DNA of 64,000 nucleotides from Octopus vulgaris (Eukaryota). The notes below the pieces were generated by a model that saw only the letters and a program-made list of their open reading frames with translations, searched no databases and was not told where the DNA came from. The translations under genes and the position numbers were made by a program. The stretch lies in assembly GCA_951406725.2 (NCBI GenBank), contig OX597834.1, positions 40,734,001-40,798,000 on the forward strand, in the 5' to 3' direction. The number at the start of each line of letters is the position of its first letter. Positions within the stretch are counted from its first letter, which is position 1. This document shows positions 25,750 to 37,203 of the stretch, piece after piece.

Positions 25750-27130
25750 CTTTCCCGCCAAAACTCTAATAGGGGAACTAATGCGTTTCATTTTTGCGTG
25801 GGGAGAGAGAGACAATCAATGTTTTCACTCTACAAAGAAGCGATTTAAAAGAAATATATGCTTATAGAAAACTATTGTATCTTTTAAAAATATCCTTAAT
25901 TTACATATTGTATGTTGTATGCGTGTGTGTTTTTTTATTTGTTTTCTCTTCCACAGTACTTGTTCATTTCTGTGTGTGTGCGTGAGAGAGAGAGCTGAAA
26001 AGCATATAAAAATAAGCGGAATTTGCAAAGCTGTTCGGATTTAGTTCTACCGTGATGTCGTGTGCAACCTGTCAGCGCATATACTATGATTGCATCTATG
26101 ATTTTCATAAGCAGAATGAAGAATCTATTGTATTCCTCCGGAACCATGGTGTTCTGCCCACTGATGTAATATGTCCACGCTGTCGGAGTGAATGCGTGTA
26201 TATAAAGGAAGAGCATCTCTGGCAGTGCAGGAGCTACACTGACGCTGAATCTAGAAAACGGCAGCAGTGTGATTATTCAGTATCGGACTTTAAAGGATCC
26301 TTTCTTGATAATGCACGCATTCCTCCGTGGAAAGTCGTTCTTTTTGTAAACGAATTTCTAAATCAAACTTGGAGTGATATGATACTGATGGCGAAGCAGG
26401 AAATGTGTTTAAGAGCTCAAGAATGGAGGTCGTTCTGCTGTGGAGTAACAGAAAACTGGCTTCACAAACAGGAACAAATTGGTGGAGAATCAATTGAGGT
26501 CGAAATTGGTGAGGCCTTAATTGTCCACCGGAAACCTGACAGGGGTCCAATTTTGAACCAAGTTTGGTTGTTTGGTGGATTAGAGCGAACCAGTAAGCGT
26601 CATTTCGTTGTGCCACTAATAGATAAGGAGCGTGACAAAGCGACACTGGTTCCTCTGATCCAGACATTTATCAAACCTGGCTCAGTTATTTATAGTGATA
26701 CAGGGGCTGCCTACAGTGATTTAAGCAGTTTGGGTTATCACCATTACGTGATAAACCATTCTGAAAATAGTGATCAAACGCATATTCACACACAAAACAT
26801 TGAACATTTGTGGAGGAAGATAAAATGGAGTATGAGAAGGCTGTCAAGTACTGGATCCAAATGTTTCCATCAATATCTGGCCAGATATTTATTTATTTCC
26901 TCAGAGAAGGACAAGTCAGTATTACACCACAAATTTTTTCGAGAGGCAGCCCAATTATATGTACCCCTCTCGGACCAGCCATGTCCTTCAACTACATAAG
27001 GACTTATGTCTCTCCTCTCTTTCATAGAAGGCTCTCTCTCTCTCTCCATAGTTTCTCATCTTTCTCTCTCTCTCTCCTTACCTACACGGAAATGAAACGC
27101 ATTAGTTACCCGATTAGTTTCAGCGGGAAA
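25750..27130 (+). mobile_element. Merlin (IS1595/IS1016-like) transposon with decayed inverted repeats, copy 1
   Basis: TTTCCCGCCAAAACTCTAATAGGGGAACTAATGCGTTTCATTT vs AAATGAAACGCATTAGTTACCCGATTAGTTTCAGCGGGAAA flank the ORF; no TSD found. Confidence 0.75.
26055..26999 (+). CDS. Merlin/ISXO2-like transposase-derived protein, copy 1
   Basis: Zn-ribbon-like CPRC..WQC; VEIGE, WLFGGLER, IKPGSVIYSD, AY..L...GY.H..INHS and HTQNIE.LW motifs of DDE_Tnp_IS1595; ATG at 26055. Confidence 0.85.
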   Translation: MSCATCQRIYYDCIYDFHKQNEESIVFLRNHGVLPTDVICPRCRSECVYIKEEHLWQCRSYTDAESRKRQQCDYSVSDFKGSFLDNARIPPWKVVLFVNEFLNQTWSDMILMAKQEMCLRAQEWRSFCCGVTENWLHKQEQIGGESIEVEIGEALIVHRKPDRGPILNQVWLFGGLERTSKRHFVVPLIDKERDKATLVPLIQTFIKPGSVIYSDTGAAYSDLSSLGYHHYVINHSENSDQTHIHTQNIEHLWRKIKWSMRRLSSTGSKCFHQYLARYLFISSEKDKSVLHHKFFREAAQLYVPLSDQPCPSTT

Positions 27131-27407
27131 ACTTGTGAAAGGAAAGTGATTTTGGTTTTTCAAACCCTCAATACTGTTTCAGTCTATTCTGCAATCTGGG
27201 ATTAATGTATCCAGTGATCTTAAGAGGTATGGAAAAGATATTTTATTTTAATATTATGCCTTTACTTATTTCACACAAACACAAAAATTCTCCAGGGGAT
27301 TCATTCTTGAGAGTGTAGATAGATTACAATGCAGGTTTATCTTTTACTTGCTTCAGTCACTGGACTGCGGTCACACTGGGACACAGCCTTGAAAGGATTA
27401 GTCAAAC

Positions 27408-27850
27408 ATCATCATCATCATAATTTTTTAACGTCCGCTTTCCATGCTAGCGTGGGTTGGACGATTTGACTGAGGACTGGCAAACCAGAAGGCTGCACCA
27501 GGCTCCAATCTGATCTGGCAGAGTTTCTGCAGCTGGATGCCCTTCCTAATGCCAACCACTCCAAGAGTGTAGAGGGTGCTTTTACGTGCCACTCAGGCAG
27601 TACTGGCAACGGCCACGCTCAAATGGTGTTTTTTACATGTCAGTGGCACTGGCAACGACCTTGCTCAAATGTTTTTTCACATGTCAGTAAGACGACACTG
27701 GTAGGGGTCACGCACGAATGGTGCTTTTTACATTCCACCGGCACGGAAGCCGGTTTGCTGCTCTGGCAACGATCACACTCGGATGGTGCTCTTAGTGCTC
27801 CACCAGCACAGATGCCAGTCATCGAATTTGATTTTGATTTCACTTGCCTC
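27408..27850 (-). mobile_element. SINE-like element, family D
   Basis: (CAT)n tail followed by the reverse-complement family D core. Confidence 0.7.
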
Positions 27851-28267
27851 AACTTTAAGAGTAAGATTCATATGTTTAAGTAAAGGATTATATCTATAGT
27901 TTATCATTATAAAAATGTAAAATTTCTAATCTTTAAATGACTTATATTTTGTTTTTTCTATTGTTTCAGAAAAACAGACAACATTGTTATTTTATTCAGA
28001 TGCATTATTAATATTCATCATTTGCTAATGACTAAAGGAAGATATTTCAGATTTTATTTTGGATTACCGTAACATATTGCCTTTGAATAAAATGAATAGC
28101 AAAATATTTATTTTGCCACCATACAAAATGATCAAATTTGAACAAATTTGCGAAAGATTTTGCAGTGTTTCAACATGAGGATTAAGATTACAGCTGAAGG
28201 AAACTTAGAAAGAAAATGCAAGACCAAATAGGAGAAAATATTTGGACATTGTGAAAAGAGAAAATTG

Positions 28268-28745
28268 ATGGTAAAAGAATAATTGAAGAACCAAAGTATA
28301 GATCAAATACAATCTAAAAGTATTGATTTTTATATGTTGAACAAGATGAAGAAAACATACCACTGTGATGTCTGTAAAAAATCAGTCTCTCATAAAAGTA
28401 ACTTTCCTCACAAATGCTTCCATACAGGAGGAAAACCATATCACTGCAATAGCTGTGGTAAAGTATTTGCTACAACTAATTATTTAACAGCTCACAAGCG
28501 TATCCATACAGGAGAGAGACCATATCGCTGTGATATCTATGGTAAATCCTTCTCTCAAAACTTTGTAACTACTCACAAGCGCATTCATACTGGAGAGAAG
28601 CCATATTACTGCAGCATCTGTGATAAATCATTCTCTGAAAAAAAGTCTCTTAACTACACACAGCCATATTCATACAGGAGAAACACCATATCACTGTGAT
28701 AAATCATTTTCTGTGAGTAGTGCCTTGATTAGTCACAATGTATTA
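28268..28745 (+). pseudogene. C2H2 ZNF pseudogene (duplication copy 1)
   Basis: ATG GTA AAA GAA TAA early stop in the family leader; shortened fingers, C>Y change, frameshift near 28640; acceptor TTTCAG at 27969. Confidence 0.8.
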
Positions 28746-29460
28746 ACCAAAGGATTTTACCTTTTCTACACTAAAGATATAAAGAGTAAATCCTTCAATT
28801 AATGCAGTGAGTGATAGTCTTTCATTGAACTCCTTTAATTTCTCTACAAGCATCAGAAATAATTGTTGATTCTGGTAGTTCATAGATAGGAAGGCAAAAT
28901 ATACACATCGACAATCAATCGAAAAAATGTTTTTCTTCAAATGGAAATAATTAAAAGTACACTCAGATATGGTTGTCCACAAAGCAGAAAAGAGAAAGAT
29001 GAACCATTATTATTAGATTCTGCTGGTTACTGTTGAGACCTCAGGTGTTCTTGGACTTCCGTCTGCTGATTTTTCTCCCCAAAATCATATCTGAGAAATG
29101 AGCTCCATGTGGTGGGGGTGGCTGTTTTCTGTAGCAATGCTTTTGCAATCATGCTAGTGAGGCATGATGAAAGACACATCATTTGCTCTGGGATACACAA
29201 CCCATTATTCCCCCCCCCCATCTGTTGCTTTTTTTTTTTGTTTCCTTGGTGATGCAGTTATGGGTTTTGTTAATTTGATCCTTTATACTTTTAATGTTTT
29301 TCTTTCTGTAAAAGTGTGTTAATAAAACTGAAGGTAAAAAAACAAAGTAATAAAACGTGTGATGTTTATTAATTTCTTTATTATTTTTTACACCATTGAA
29401 GTAAATAATTTAACATCCTCCTCAATTGCTGGCATGGGTCGGATGGTCTGGCAGGAGCTG

Positions 29461-30458
29461 TGACACTCGCAAATTGATATTCAACCAGACCATCAAGTCA
29501 TGGAGGAGTCACACTATAAATATATCATCATCATCGTTTAATGTCCACCTTGCAAACTGCCATGGGTTGGATGGTTTGACAAGAGGCAGACAGGCAGAAG
29601 ATTGCACCAGACTTCTGTGTCCATTTTGGCATGATCTTTACAGCTGGATGCCCTCCCTAACAACAACCACCTCACAGAACGGAATACAAGAAATGATAAA
29701 TATAAGATCTTATTATCACTTCCTTGAAGACAGATATACACAAAGCTCCAAATCAGAATACATACAATACTTGAAAGAATGTATATAAATAACATCCATA
29801 ATATATATAGGATGATAAAGGATAAAGATCCTTCACAAGTTATAGACTCATAGGGCTAGTTTCCCAGTTTATGTGGAGCATACATTCCCCACTGGACAGA
29901 ACACTGGTCCATCAAAGGATTACTCATTTTTGCCAGCTGAGCGGACTGGAGCAAAGTGGAATGAAGTGTTTTGCTCAAGAACACATTGTATTGCTTGATC
30001 GAGGAATCGAAACCTAAATCATACAATCATGAGTCCAACACCTTAACCACTAAGCAACACACTTGCACCAAAATATATATAAGGGCTTACATGCACATAC
30101 ATACTACTGTGGTATGACAAAAGAATTTTTGCCATGAATCCTGTGTTTATTTCTAACATGATAACTGTAGAGAGAAGTTGATCCTGATTTAGGACAATAC
30201 AATTCTCAGTCATTTATTCACAATGTCAAATAAATCAATACAATGCTTTTTTTTTCCCTTTGGACATATGCTAGATGGAATATATATGAGCATTCCGAAA
30301 TGACTGGTAAGCCGTCTCACCAATGTAGGAATAGTTGAGGACGTGTGTATGTGTTTGTGTATATAATGAAGTGTTGGGTGGTTGTTTTCACACCATCATA
30401 TTTTTTAAAGTATATTCGTTAGATATATGTTATACAAAAAAATCCATTTTCACATTGT
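29461..30458 (+). repeat. ~1-kb copy of the 3' flank/3'UTR of ZNF gene 3, inserted at the duplication junction
   Basis: Collinear near-identity to 49395-50385. Confidence 0.92.
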
Positions 30459-32295
30459 TAAAATATGAGAGATGACCTCATAAGGTGAAAGGTGAAGTGT
30501 TGAGAGGTCAGGGGAAAACATTCACATAACTTCCGACGATACAGTTCACTCTTCCCTCTATCGGATAAATAATGAAATATATCAATACAAAGGGGAACAA
30601 CCTTCACGATGCGTGTCATGTAAATATCACAAAGTTTGAAACCAGCTTCGGCCACGTGGGATGAGAATTTAAGAGAGGAAACTATTTAATTTTCTATTTC
30701 TTTACTACCCACAAGGGGCTAAACACAGAAGGGGACAGACAGACAGATTAAGTCGATTTGATCGACCTCAGTGCGCAACTGGTACTTATTTAATCGACCC
30801 CCGAAAGGATGAAAGGCAAAGTCGACCTCAGCTGAATTTGAACTCAGGACCTAAAGACAGACGTAATACTTATTTCTTTACTACCCACAAGGGGCGATCC
30901 TTCGGTAGAAGTACCGTAAGTGGCTTTGTTTACGTTTCTGAAGATAACTGAAACCCTTTTCTCCCATCTCTAACCCTAACACAAACCCTAATCCTAGCCC
31001 CCCCCCACCATATATATATATATATAAAAAAAACACTTTCTGGAAATGTATCCGTTACTTATACCGAAGTTACGCCACTATTTAATTTCATTAACCTTTT
31101 TTTTTTGCTGCCCTGGGACTTTATTTTATCGATTCCGAAAGAACGAATGAATGCCTCGGCGGGGTTCGAACTTGGAATGGTAAAGAACCGTTAGAAATGC
31201 CGCTTCGCATTCTACCAGCTCGCAGTCTTACGCGTGTGGTATAATATCTAATACTGGTTTATTTTTATGAAACGGGTGAGTTGACAAAGATTTGTTGTAA
31301 GGCTGTAAAAAGGTGTATCAATGGCATAATATATTTCCTCATTGTAGCTTTTACGAATGGGATAAAATGTGTTTCGAAATTCATGTTTGTCTATTACTAA
31401 TGAAAACTTTTTATATACGTTCTTGACCGCCTTGCTTGCATGCAAGGGATGTCATCTTTTTTTCATAATTACTGACCTATTTATTTTTTGACCTCTTACC
31501 AACTTGACCCAAATTAGCATCCAATTTTTTAAGCAATTTCTGAAGAAGGTAGGTATTCCTTCGATATCACTCGACAAAATCAAACTTGGACTCCAGTATT
31601 TTCCGAAATTCCATACCCCACTCTTCCTAACCCCCCCCCCCCGAAAAAACCATTTTTTTGTATATTTGGGATCTACATGATATAACACATATTCGTAGGG
31701 AATTTCATTAAAAAATATCCATTTTACTGAAAGTTATGATCATCTAAAGTAGGGGAGTCGATAAAAAAATATTCGATGTAAATTGGATTGATAAATTTAT
31801 TATTTATTTATGGTTGACTGTTATATACAAGATCAAATATATAAGTTGCATTTGTTTCTTTACAGTTAAAGAAGACAAGATTGGTATATTCGGTATTACT
31901 TATTCGGTAAATTTGGACAAGTATACCTGCATTCGGTTCACCAAAAGAAAAAAAAACCCGGATTTTTCACCTGGAAAAGTATCTTTCCCGCCAAAACTCT
32001 AATAGGGGAACTAATGCGTTTCATTTTTGCGTGGGGAGAGAGAGACAATCAATGTTTTCACTCTACAAAGAAGCGATTTAAAAGAAATATATGCTTATAG
32101 AAAACTATTGTATCTTTTTAAAATATCCTTAATTTACATATTGTATGTTGTGTGCGTGTGTGTTTTTTTATTTTTCAATTTGTTTTCTCTTCCACAGTAC
32201 TTGTTCATTTCTGTGTGTGTGCGTGAGAGAGAGAGCTGAAAAGCATATAAAAATAAGAGGAATTTGCCCAGCTGTTCGGATTTAGTTCTACCGTG

Positions 32296-33240
32296 ATGTC
32301 GTGTGCAACCTGTCAGCGCTTATACTTTGATTGCATCCGTGATTTTTCTATGCAGAATGAAGAATCTATTGTATTCCTCCGGAACCATGGTGTTCTGCCC
32401 ACTGATGTAATATGTCCACGCTGTCGGAGTGAATGTGTGTATATAAAGGAAGAGCATCTCTGGCAGTGCAGGAGCTACACTGACGCTGAATCTAGAAAAC
32501 GGCAGCAGTGTCGTTATTCTGTATCGGACTTTAAAGGATCCTTTCTTGATAATGCACACATTCCTCCGTGGAAAGTCGTTCTTTTCGTAAACGAATTTCT
32601 AAATCATACTTGGAGTGATATGATACTGATGGCGAAGCAGGAATTGTGTTTAAGAGCTCAAGAATGGAGGTCATTCTGCTGTGGAGTAACAGAAAACTGG
32701 CTTCACAAACAGGAACAAATTGGTGGAGAATCAATTGAGGTTGAAATTGGTGAGGCCTTAATTGTCCACCGGAAACCTGACAGGGGTCCAATTTTGAACC
32801 AAGTTTGGTTGTTTGGTGGATTAGAGCGAACCAGTAAGCGTCGTTTCGTTGTGCCACTAATAAATAAGGAGCGTGACAAAGCGACACTGGTTCCTCTGAT
32901 CCAGACATTTATCAAACCTGGCTCAGTTATTTATAGTGATACAGGGGCTGCCTACAGTGATTTAAGCAGTTTGGGTTATCACCATTACGTGATAAACCAT
33001 TCTGAAAATAGTGATCAAACGCATATTCACACACAAAACATTGAACATTTGTGGAGGAAGATAAAATGGAGTATGAGAAGGCTGTCAAGTACTGGGTCCA
33101 AATGTTTCCATCAATATCTGGCCAGATATTTATTTATTTCCTCAGAGAAGGACAAGTCAGTATTACACCACAAATTTTTTCGAGAGGCAGCTCAATTATA
33201 TGTACCCCTCTCGGACCAGCCATGTCCTTCAACTACATAA
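32296..33240 (+). CDS. Merlin/ISXO2-like transposase-derived protein, copy 2
   Basis: Same length as copy 1, 11 aa differences, no indels or stops; same VEIGE substitution. Confidence 0.85.
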   Translation: MSCATCQRLYFDCIRDFSMQNEESIVFLRNHGVLPTDVICPRCRSECVYIKEEHLWQCRSYTDAESRKRQQCRYSVSDFKGSFLDNAHIPPWKVVLFVNEFLNHTWSDMILMAKQELCLRAQEWRSFCCGVTENWLHKQEQIGGESIEVEIGEALIVHRKPDRGPILNQVWLFGGLERTSKRRFVVPLINKERDKATLVPLIQTFIKPGSVIYSDTGAAYSDLSSLGYHHYVINHSENSDQTHIHTQNIEHLWRKIKWSMRRLSSTGSKCFHQYLARYLFISSEKDKSVLHHKFFREAAQLYVPLSDQPCPSTT

Positions 33241-33647
33241 GGACTTATGTCTCTCCTCTCTTTCATAGAAGGCTCTCTCTCTCTCTCCATAGTTTCTCAT
33301 CTTTCTCTCTCTCTCCTTACCTACACGGAAATGAAACGCATTAGTTACCCGATTAGTTTCAGCGGGAAAAACTTGTGAAAGGAAAGTGATTTTGGTTTTT
33401 CAAACCCTCAATACTGTTTCAGTCTATTCTGCAATCTGGGATTAATGTATCCAGTGATCTTAAGAGGTATGGAAAAGATATTTTATTTTAGCATTATACC
33501 TTTACTTATTTCACACAAACACAAAAATTCTCCAGGGGATTCATTCTTGAGAGTGTAGATAGATTACAATGCAGGTTTATGTTTTACTTGCTTCAGTCAC
33601 TGGACTGCGGTCACACTGGGACACAGCCTTGAAAGGATTAGTCAAAC

Positions 33648-34090
33648 ATCATCATCATCATAATTTTTTAACGTCCGCTTTCCATGCTAGCGTGGGTTGG
33701 ACGATTTGACTGAGGACTGGCAAACCAGAAGGCTGCACCAGGCTCCAATCTGATCTGGCAGAGTTTCTGCAGCTGGATGCCCTTCCTAATGCCAACCACT
33801 CCAAGAGTGTAGAGGGTGCTTTTACGTGCCACTCAGGCAGTACTGGCAACGGCCACGCTCAAATGGTGTTTTTTACATGTCAGCGGCACTGGCAACGACC
33901 TTGCTCAAATGTTTTTTCACATGTCAGTAAGACGACACTGGTAGGGATCACGCACGAATGGTGCTTTTTACATTCCACCGGCACGGAAGCCGGTTTGCTG
34001 CTCTGGCAACGATCACACTCGGATGGTGCTCTTAGTGCTCCACTAGCACAGATGCCAGTCATCGAATTTGATTTTGATTTCACTTGCCTC
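33648..34090 (-). mobile_element. SINE-like element, family D (duplicate of 27408-27850)
   Basis: Part of duplication copy 2. Confidence 0.7.
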
Positions 34091-34506
34091 AACTTTAAGA
34101 GTAAGATTCATATGTTTAAGTAAAGGATTATATCTATAGTTTATCATTATAAAAATGTAAAATTTCTAATCTTTAAATGACTTATATTTTGCTTTTTCTA
34201 TTGTTTCAGAAAAACACAACATTGTTATTTTATTCAGATGCATTATTAATATTCATCATTTGCTAATGACTAAAGGAAGATATTTCGGATTTTATTTTGG
34301 ATTACCGTAACATATTGCCTTTGAATAAAATGAAATTGCAAAATATTTATTTTGCCACCGTACAAAATGATCAAATTTGAACAAATTTACGAAAGATTTT
34401 GCAGTGTTTCAACATGAGGATTAAGATTACAGCTGAAGGAAACTTAGAAAGAAAATGCAAGACCAAATAGGAGAAAATATTTGGACATTGTGAAAAAACA
34501 AAATTG

Positions 34507-34790
34507 ATGGGAAAAGAATAATAGAAGAACCAAAGTATGGATCAAATACAATCTAAAAGTATTGATTTTTATATGTTGAAAGCATACCACTGTGATGTCT
34601 GTAAAAAATCAGTCTCTCATAAAAGCGCATTCATACTGGAGAGAAGCCATATTACTGCAGCATCCGTGTTAAATCATTCTCTCAAAAAAAGTCTCTTAAC
34701 TACACACAGCCATATTCATACAGGAGAAACACCATATCACTGTGATAAATCATTTTCTGTGAGTAGTGCCTTGATTAGTCACAATGTATT
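34507..34790 (+). pseudogene. C2H2 ZNF pseudogene (duplication copy 2, further deleted)
   Basis: Homologous to 28268-28745 but missing about two fingers and frameshifted. Confidence 0.8.
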
Positions 34791-36836
34791 AACCGAAGGA
34801 TTTTACCTTTTCTACACTAAAGATATAAAGAGTAAATGCTTCAATTAATGCAGTGAGTGATAGTCTTTCATTGAACTCCTTTAATTTCTCTACAAGCATC
34901 AGAAATAATTGTTGATTCTGGTAGTTCATAGATAGGAAGGCAAAATATACACATCGACAATCAATCGAAAAAATGTTTTTCTTCAAATGGAAATAATTAA
35001 AAGTACACTCAGGTATGGTTGTCCACAAAGCAGAAAAGAGAAATATGAACCATTATTATTAGATTCTGCTGGTTACTGTTGAGACCTCAGGTGTTCTTGG
35101 ACCTCACGCTGCTGATTTTTATCCCCAAAATCATATCTGAGAAATGAGCTCCATGTGGTGGGGGTGGCTGTTTTCTGTAGCAATGCTTTTGCGATCATGC
35201 TAATGAGGCATGATGAAAGACACATCATTTGCTCTGGGATACACAACCCATTACTCATCCCCCCCCACACATGTTGCTTTTTTTTTTTTTTGTTTCCTTG
35301 GTGATGCAGTTATGGGTTTTGTTAATTTGATCCTTTATACTTTTAATGTTTTTCTTTCTGTAAAAGTGTGTTAATAAAACTGAAGGTAAAAAAACAAAGT
35401 AATAAAACGTGTGATGTTTATTAATTTCTTTATTATTTTTTACACCATTGAAGTAAATAATTTAACATCCTCCTCAATTGCTGGCATGGGTCGGATGGTC
35501 TGGCAGGAGCTGGCAAGATAGAAGACTCTACTATCAAGACAAAACCCCTTAATGAAATGAGGAGGGGGTTGGCTTTGTGCCAGGTGATGAGAGGTTAGAG
35601 CTGTAATTCCAAATGTGGAGCACTGGTGAGGCATACATACATAGTTAGGGGGCAATTCGTGAATGAGTTAAAAAAGAATTCTTTTACATCCCCTCTATGA
35701 CAAATTTATCAAATTTTGACACTTTAGAGACATCAAAACAGGTTGTGTGCATCAGTCATAAACACAAGATCTGATGTCTCTAAAGTGGCAATCTTGTAAT
35801 AATTACAAACGTGTGTGTGTGGTATAGAATCTATGGATGCACAAAACAAACAAAATGAAATAAATATGGATGACTTGTTTGAAAACACCTGCAAGTGAGG
35901 AACAGTTCTCAAAGATAGACCCAAAATTCCTACGTCCTTGGAATCTACATAATCGAAAGGTATATTTGTAGAGAATTTCATTAAAAAAGTATCCATTTTC
36001 TTGAAAGTTAAGATGAATTGAATTGGACTCTGGTGAAATTTCCAAAATTCCCCTTCTAAAATACTTTCCCCCCCAAATTTTGTATATTCGGAATCTACAT
36101 GATATAACATTCGTAAATAATTTCATTAAAAATATCCATTTTTCTGAAATTTATGATCAGCCAAAGTTGAGGATGCAAAAATTTGTAGTTATGCTGATTC
36201 AAAAATACGGTAGTGTAAGTAAAATAATGTTCGTCAACATTCAGAGGAATATTTAAAATTTGGATTTATACTCGCTATCCACGATAAACTGACACCAGGT
36301 TATGGGCAAAAAACTCGGATCTTGTGAATTTTCTGAAGTCCTTTCTCCATTCCTAGGAAAAGATTTTCCCATAAACATCTTTATAGTCGTTATCTATGCT
36401 GGTTGAATATAAAATTTTATTAAAAAAAAACATTTTCCTAAAAGTTACGAGGGAAAAACTCGGATCATGCGAATTTTCCGAAGTCCCTCTACCATTCATT
36501 AATGTGAATTTGTTTCATATTCGTTTCCTAAACATTTTATTTTGAATAACAAAAATTATATATCACAAGGGGGCATCAGGATTTCAGAAATGATTTGGTG
36601 GGGCATGGTCAGAAATCAGCTGGGAACCACTGAATAAGAGTGTGACTAGAGGAGATACATGGCAACCTCAGCTGGAGAAAGATAATATGTGACAGGGAAG
36701 TGTATATAATGAAATGGACCATGGACAGCATGTGACTGGGTTGGGTAAAGAGAGTGATGGAAAAATAAGTGCCACAAGATAATCATCGTCATCGTTTAAC
36801 GTCCATTCTCCTCTCTTTCTCTTCTCTTCTTTTAAA

Positions 36837-37203
36837 GAAGCACTCCGTCGTTTACGACGACGAGGGTTCCGGTTGATCCAATCAACGGAACAGCTTGCTC
36901 GTGAAATTAACGTGTAAGTGGCTGAGCACTCCACAGACACGTGTACCCTTAATGTAGTTCTCGGGGATATTCAGCGTGACACAGAGAGTGACAAGGCCGG
37001 CCCTTTGAAATACAGGTACAACAGAAACAGGAAGTAAGAGTGAGAGAAAGTTGTGGTGAAAGAGTACAGCAGGGATCACCATCATCCCTGCCGGAGCCTT
37101 GTGGAGCTTTAGGTGTTTTCGCTCAATAAACACTCACAACGCCCGGTCTGGGAATCGAAACCGCGAGTCCGCTGCCCTAACCACTGGGCCATTGCGCCTC
37201 CAT
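36837..37203 (-). mobile_element. tRNA-derived SINE, family C, nested in a family D tail
   Basis: Reverse-complement match to 16882-17240. Confidence 0.85.

Larger units (their letters stand above)
24255..29460 (+). repeat. Tandem segmental duplication, copy 1 (~5.2 kb)
   Basis: Collinear near-identity to 30459-35512. Confidence 0.95.
30459..35512 (+). repeat. Tandem segmental duplication, copy 2
   Basis: Collinear near-identity to 24255-29460, with extra deletions in the ZNF exon. Confidence 0.95.

Noticed and set aside
26052-26999. Bacterial IS1595 contamination or recent horizontal transfer
   Set aside because: Embedded among host SINEs and ZNF exons and duplicated with them; eukaryotic Merlin elements are the known relatives of IS1595/IS1016
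26999-28283. Transposase-ZNF fusion protein
   Set aside because: The Merlin ORF stops before the donor-like site at 27227 and the ZNF exon has a long 5'UTR and an early stop; no in-frame fusion is visible
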